DNA of 43,403 nt from Neoconidiobolus thromboides FSU 785 (Eukaryota; Fungi; Entomophthoromycota), in NCBI GenBank assembly GCA_025603075.1, contig MU626424.1:1-43403 (forward strand), given 5' to 3'. Position 1 is the first letter of the stretch. Every line of letters begins with the position of its first letter. The notes under the pieces are model-generated. The model was not told the DNA's origin. It searched no databases and saw only the letters and a list, made by a program, of their open reading frames with translations. Shown here piece by piece: positions 38,510 to 43,403 of the stretch. The position numbers were made by a program, and so were the translations under genes.

Positions 38510-38985
38510 TTAATCAGCTCTCCACTAAAAAATATTACTATCAATCCATCTTTATAATCGACGTTATTTCTTTACCTTCATGCTGTCTTCAAGTTGTTTT
38601 TGTTCATAATCTTCTTTAGCATAATCACTCAGTTTTTTGGTTTTTTCTTCTTGGAGCTTTTGGCTTAGTTTGCCTTGTCCTTTTTGGGAACCTCGGGTAC
38701 TGGCCTATTTATACAATCAGTTTAATATTTTACCAACTAGTAATCGAATTTTACCTCTTGCAACCTTTTTTCTGTAGCTTCTAAAATTTTCTGCCTACTA
38801 ATTTCACCTTGTTCCTTATTACTTTTAGCAGCTGGCACTGGTTTTGTAACTGTGCCAGATCTAATCGGTTCTAGCGGAATGGTCTCTGAATTACCTCCCA
38901 GCCTTTGTCCTTTTCCCGCTAGAGTTTTACTCGTGCCTTTATTTATGCGATCTGGTTTAGCTTCTCTTCCACAACAGTTTCCCAT
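38510..38985 (-). CDS. Small VCP/p97-interacting protein (SVIP)-like, paralog B (3 exons)
   Basis: MGNCC acylation motif; GQRLGG; SRQKILEATEKR (VIM-like); /ASTRGSQKGQGKLSQKLQEEK...DSMK/WRAD*. Confidence 0.72.
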
Positions 38986-39299
38986 ATTATACTTTAATGA
39001 AAAATGAGTTTCAATTTATCAAGTTTTTATACTTAAATTTTATTTCACTAGCCAATTAATCCTCTAAAGATGCTAAAGTAGGTTCAGATAAGGAAATTTA
39101 CCCAATAAATTAGTTTGTGACTTGGTTTTTATAGCTTATGTAAAGTCAGGTTTATTATCCAATCATAATCTAAGATTTAGATGAGAATTTTAATTTTATG
39201 TTATTTTAAAATTTCAATGCCTTCTTATCGAATATATTAAGGTTTTATTTATTTTATAAAATTCAACATTTGGATCCAGCATTATATTGGTATAACAGC

Positions 39300-40294
39300 A
39301 TGAGATCAAGTGGTGATACAAAGAGTGAAGTTGTAGTAAAACAAATTTATAACTAAATTAAAATTAAAGTGATAATATTTTAAAGGAGACAAGCAGCGTA
39401 AGCGCAACTAAAATAAATCAAATTATGAAGCTTAAGTATAAAACTCAAAAAGTAATGGTAGATATATATTGTTTGAATTTTAAATAAATTTCATGTTGTG
39501 TAGCTATTAAAGCCAAACCATTCAGCACCTATATATCTATCAAAAAAAGATGAGTTTACCATTGATGAGCTTAAACAAAATTGTCTTCCAATACAAAATA
39601 CAGTAAATTATATTTTATATTAATTGGTAACTAAACTTAGCATTAGGCACCTGCTGGTAATTCTTAAATTTACATCGATTATTAACACATTGAATTATAA
39701 ACTTTAATAGATCATATAGTACATATCAGCTCATTGAGTCGAATACTTGAAAAAGAAATAATAGCCAAATCGAATGAGCTGAGACTAAAAATAATTCTGA
39801 ACTATGAAATGAGGAAGAAAGTGCTTGATTTGTGTAGTAAATCAGATTATTTGGGTAATCTAGAAGTTGAAAACGGAAAATTATTGAAGGAGACCAAAGC
39901 GAACGATCAGTATAATGAAAGAGCTATTAATCAACTTAAAGTATTTATGGAAAAATATGATCAGATAATAGAGGAAAGATCGATGCAACTTATTGAGTTG
40001 TATGAAAAAAATCAAAATTTGAAAAATCAAAATAAGGAGTTTATGAAAGTTTTGCTTTCTGCTTTAGAAAAGGATGATGCCATTATGGATATCGAGAATA
40101 CTAAAAGACCTGAGATATCATCTTCGAATTTGAGTTTTTTCTGGAGTTATAGTAAAAAACTTGGTTATGATTTATATCAGGCACAGTTGAAAGTGAATGA
40201 GTTGATTAAAGAAAATAATGAGGTATTATAATTAGTATATACTATTAGATTGATTCATTACTTTTAGCTTCAAACAAAGTCAATAGATTCTTAA
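39300..40294 (+). CDS. Coiled-coil protein of unknown function (6 exons predicted, including a 10-nt microexon)
   Basis: Frame-consistent splice path MRSSGDTKSEVV/ETSSVSATK...TQK/LLKPNHSAP...QNT/APA-D/HIVHISSLSRILEKE...ENNE/LQTKSIDS*; it includes ORF 39734-40231. Confidence 0.55.
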
Positions 40295-40570
40295 GACAAT
40301 GGACTCTAAATAAACTATTTGTTTGCTTTTCTATTTATAAAAAAATAAAATATTCAATTCTTTACTTTGAAAATATCTCAATGAATTAGAATTATGTTTA
40401 ACTCTTAATATAATATTAAATGATTAATTAGAGAATAACGCTATTATAATATTAGAAGAATAAGTTAATAAATATTTCATCTATCAGAATAAAAAGTTGC
40501 TTTAAATTAGCCTACTTAATTTAATTAAAAAAACTCAATATATTTTATTAAATAAAAATAAAAAAATCCG

Positions 40571-41129
40571 TTAATTAGAAGCAAATAATACAATCCCAAC
40601 ACAAACCAAGATTACTTCAACGCTCATTTTAGTAGTAACTGACTTGGAATCAAAGATAGATGGTGTCTTGGCAGTGGAAGTTGAAGTAGTTAATGTTGAG
40701 GAAGAAGCGACGGTATTATTTGGCTTTTTAGTTGAGTCATCAACATTACATACGTATTTTTTGACACAATCTTGGGCACAAGAATTGTTATCCCCACAAT
40801 CAGCAAGGCAATTGGTCCCCTTGATTTGACATGTTGCAAATGAGGCTGGGAATGTGAGGTCTAAAAGCAATGTTAGTTTCATTTTTTGTTTATAATAAAA
40901 TCAAAGTCTTACTAGATGGACTAACGGTATATTGGTTTCCACATATACAACTGAAGTTGAAGGTATCTGGATCACAAGTGTTCACGGTATCAGATGAACC
41001 TATGTTGGAACATACAGTGGAGCACGTCTGTATATTTCTTTCACATACCTCAGGCCTCTGACTATCATCATAGACTTGGGCTAAGATTATATATTGATAG
41101 AAGAGAAATATTATTGCAATTAATTTCAT
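40571..41129 (-). CDS. Small Cys-rich, probably GPI-anchored surface protein (1 intron)
   Basis: Signal peptide; CxxxxxxCxxxC...NTCD...CxC.../LTFPASFATC...CxxxC...CxxxC...C; Ser/Thr-rich stalk; hydrophobic C-terminus VILVCVGIVLF. Confidence 0.8.
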
Positions 41130-41926
41130 AATTTGAGTACTTAAAATAAATAAAGTGGGAGTTCATTTCTTTTTTGCTTGCTTTTATGATTCGATTTTTA
41201 TTAGGCAGTTGTTTGTTTAATTTAATTTAATTTGAAAGCCGCTCCCTCATCTATTAATAAATTTAAACTACCTTGTAGATTACCAAGCATTATAAAAAGT
41301 GTTAGGAATTCTAAAGTTCCTGTTTAACCTGTTTTGTTTAATCAGTTACTTTTGGTTAAAATAAAATTTAGTGAAGTCACCTTGTATAAAAATAGCTTAA
41401 TTTATTTTTATCTAGTGTTTTTTGTATATAAATAGAACGTTATTTATAATTACTATTTGATTTTTGAAGTTTGGATCAAAAATCTCTTGGCTGGAAACTA
41501 AAGTGGTGTGGAAACTGCTTTTATCTTATCACTTTATTTATGCGTAATCTAATTTGATTTCTTGAACTGAAAATTAAATGCTTATTTGCTAAAAAATTTA
41601 ATTGTTTTTAAAGTTAGTTAGCTTAGTATATAATAATAATATTATTATAAATGTTCTATTAACTGAATATTAGAATAGTCAAAGGTAAGAAATTTAATAA
41701 AATAATATAAATCAGCAGTTTTTTTATTAAGTTTTTTGCTTACAGTTGGTAATTATTAGCTAATAAAATACTTGGAAAAAAAATATAATTATATTTTTGA
41801 AATTAGAAAAGTTTAAAACACAAACATTATATAAATATAACAAACTTCAGGCAGATTATATATATTTTTATAATATTATAAATTCAATTTATTAAATAAT
41901 TAGATAAAAAAGTTAATAAATGTTAT

Positions 41927-42490
41927 TGTGAAATCTGGTACTCAGGGTTTGGAGTCAAGGACAGCTATTGCTGGGTTGACTACACTATAAGTCGAAAGGT
42001 CTTAGTTTATGTAACTAAGATAGACTTGGATTATGAGGAATAGCACGTAATAGGTTACAAGCTATATAAGACAAATAGAATAGACAATACTAATGTAAAT
42101 CTATGTAAAATACTATTAAGAAAACTTAGTGGCTTTATTAAACGTTCGAGATATCAGGGATTAATTCAGTTAAAAAGCCTCGAACTACTATACGGGGATG
42201 TATTTTTATGTTTAAGAATTTTACTAACAATTTTTCCGCTTAAATAGTGCTTAAAAGATACAAAAAGTAATGAGTCCAAAAAAAACATCCCCATACTCTG
42301 TAAACTTTTATACTCTGAAAAGTATAAATATCAAAATGAGAAGATAATATTCTTTTGGATGGAGCTAGAAATTCTCATAACAAATCAAAATAAGAACATG
42401 GGATTGATTTCCTCTGAACTCGAGAACACAACAGCTTAGGCGATTATTATGCTATAATTAACCATGGGACTGACAAAGCGATATTTCACA
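41927..42490 (+). mobile_element. Solo LTR A (461 bp once the inserted MITE and one TSD copy are removed); orientation label arbitrary
   Basis: Starts TGTGAAAT, ends ATTTCACA (TG...CA, 8-bp inverted ends); flanked by the direct repeat GTTAT at 41922-41926 and 42491-42495; homologous to three further copies. Confidence 0.9.
42194..42292 (-). mobile_element. MITE copy 7, inserted in LTR A
   Basis: GGGGATGTATTTT...AAACATCCCC flanked by ATAC at 42190-42193 and 42293-42296; LTR B has the empty site. Confidence 0.92.
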
Positions 42491-42590
42491 GTTATTAAAC
42501 TTGTGATTTTAATAATAGTAGTTTAAATATTAAGCCATTTAAGCTAAGATTTAACTAATATTTCTCATATTATGCTAATTTTAAATAAAC

Positions 42591-42981
42591 TGTGAAATCT
42601 GGTACTCAGGGGTTGGTGTTAAAAGCAATCCTTCCTTGATTGATTAGTCGTAAGTCGAAAGGCCTTTAGTTTATATAGCTAAAGTAGATTTGAATTATGA
42701 AGAATAGCACATAATAAGCTATAGGCTATGTAAGATAAATAGAATAGACAGTATTATTGTAAAATCTATATAAAATACTATCAGGAAGATTTAATAGCTT
42801 TACTAAGGGTATAGTATCAGATAGAAATTCAGTTAAAAAGCCTCGAGTTATTATATTCTAAATTCTCTTTTATACTCCAACAAGTATGGATATCGAGACG
42901 AAAAGGTAACGTTCTTTGGAGTGAAATTAGAAATTCTTACAGTAAATCAAAGTAAGAGCATGGGGTTGATTGTCTCTGAAC
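42591..42981 (+). mobile_element. LTR B, interrupted at 42981 by LTR C
   Basis: Starts TGTGAAATCTGGTACTCAGGG, colinear with LTR A up to CTCTGAAC, then switches abruptly to the inverted end of LTR C. Confidence 0.85.
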
Positions 42982-43354
42982 TGTGAAATATTGGTTTGTC
43001 AGTCCCATGGTTGATTATAGCATAATAATCGCCTAAGCTGTTGTGTTCTCGAGTTCAGAGGAAATCAGTCCCACGTTCTTGATTTGATTTACTATGAGAA
43101 TTTCTAGCTCCATCCCAAAGACTATTATGGTCTCGTTTTGATATAGGGGTGTTTTTTTTGGCTTCATTATTTTTTCCATCTTTTAAGTGGTATTTGAGCG
43201 GAAAAATTATTAGCAAAATTATTAAATATAGAAATACATCGTCATATCTATATTTATCGGAGTATAAAAGAGATTGTTCAACATAACAACTCGAGATTTT
43301 TTAATTGAATTCCGTAATGTTGTGGGTTTAATAAATGGACTAGATCTTTCTGAT
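42982..43354 (-). mobile_element. LTR C (inverted), contains MITE copy 8, interrupted by LTR D
   Basis: Its reverse complement matches the 3' half of LTR A and ends ATTTCACA; 76 of the last 79 nt are identical to A. Confidence 0.88.
43145..43243 (+). mobile_element. MITE copy 8, inserted in LTR C
   Basis: AGGGGTGTTTT...AATACATCGTC flanked by ATAT at 43141-43144 and 43244-43247; LTRs A and B carry a single ATAT at this site. Confidence 0.88.
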
Positions 43355-43403
43355 TGTGAAATCTGGTACTCAGGGTTTGGAGTCAAGAACAGCTATTGCT
43401 GGG
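43355..43403 (+). mobile_element. LTR D, 5' end only (runs off the window)
   Basis: 48 of 49 nt identical to the start of LTR A. Confidence 0.88.

Noticed and set aside
3017-40829. Short antisense or alternate-frame ORFs (e.g. 3017-3199, 3675-3875, 14278-14460, 20124-20363, 31541-31786, 33907-34257, 33998-34237, 34805-35101, 34965-35177, 35193-35384, 36616-36897, 40644-40829) and 24273-24479, 32547-32765
   Set aside because: Shadows of real genes or AT-rich chance ORFs, many with non-ATG starts and no recognisable motifs.
41927-42981. LTR A + 100-bp spacer + LTR B read as one TRIM-like mini retrotransposon
   Set aside because: A has its own GTTAT TSD on both sides, A and B are clearly diverged, and I see no PBS or PPT in the spacer.

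Overview
Very AT-rich, gene-dense eukaryotic DNA with short (about 45-70 nt) GT-AG introns, read in the standard code. The gene set is fungal, and an early-diverging fungus such as a Zoopagomycota/Conidiobolus-type organism is my inference. About 22 protein genes can be reconstructed: copine (partial), Far9/SLMAP-like FHA protein, ACAA2-type thiolase, FCF1, two paralogous 7TM receptors, GH16 glucanase, PRXL2A-like redoxin, P450, VPS26, class IV chitin synthase, mitochondrial Lon, two tandem SVIP-like genes, an ASDURF-like prefoldin microprotein, four small secreted Cys-rich proteins and two orphans. The non-coding structure not in the ORF track is the most notable part. (1) A ~100-bp MITE family has 8 copies, GGG...CCC termini and a 4-bp ATAT target duplication, which is shown directly by empty sites in paralogous LTRs. 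(2) A nested LTR island at the right end includes a TG...CA solo LTR with a perfect GTTAT 5-bp TSD, LTR copies inserted in each other and MITEs inserted in them, with a strong transition bias between copies. Family assignments come from motifs I recognise from memory; no database searches were run and exon models are hand-built.
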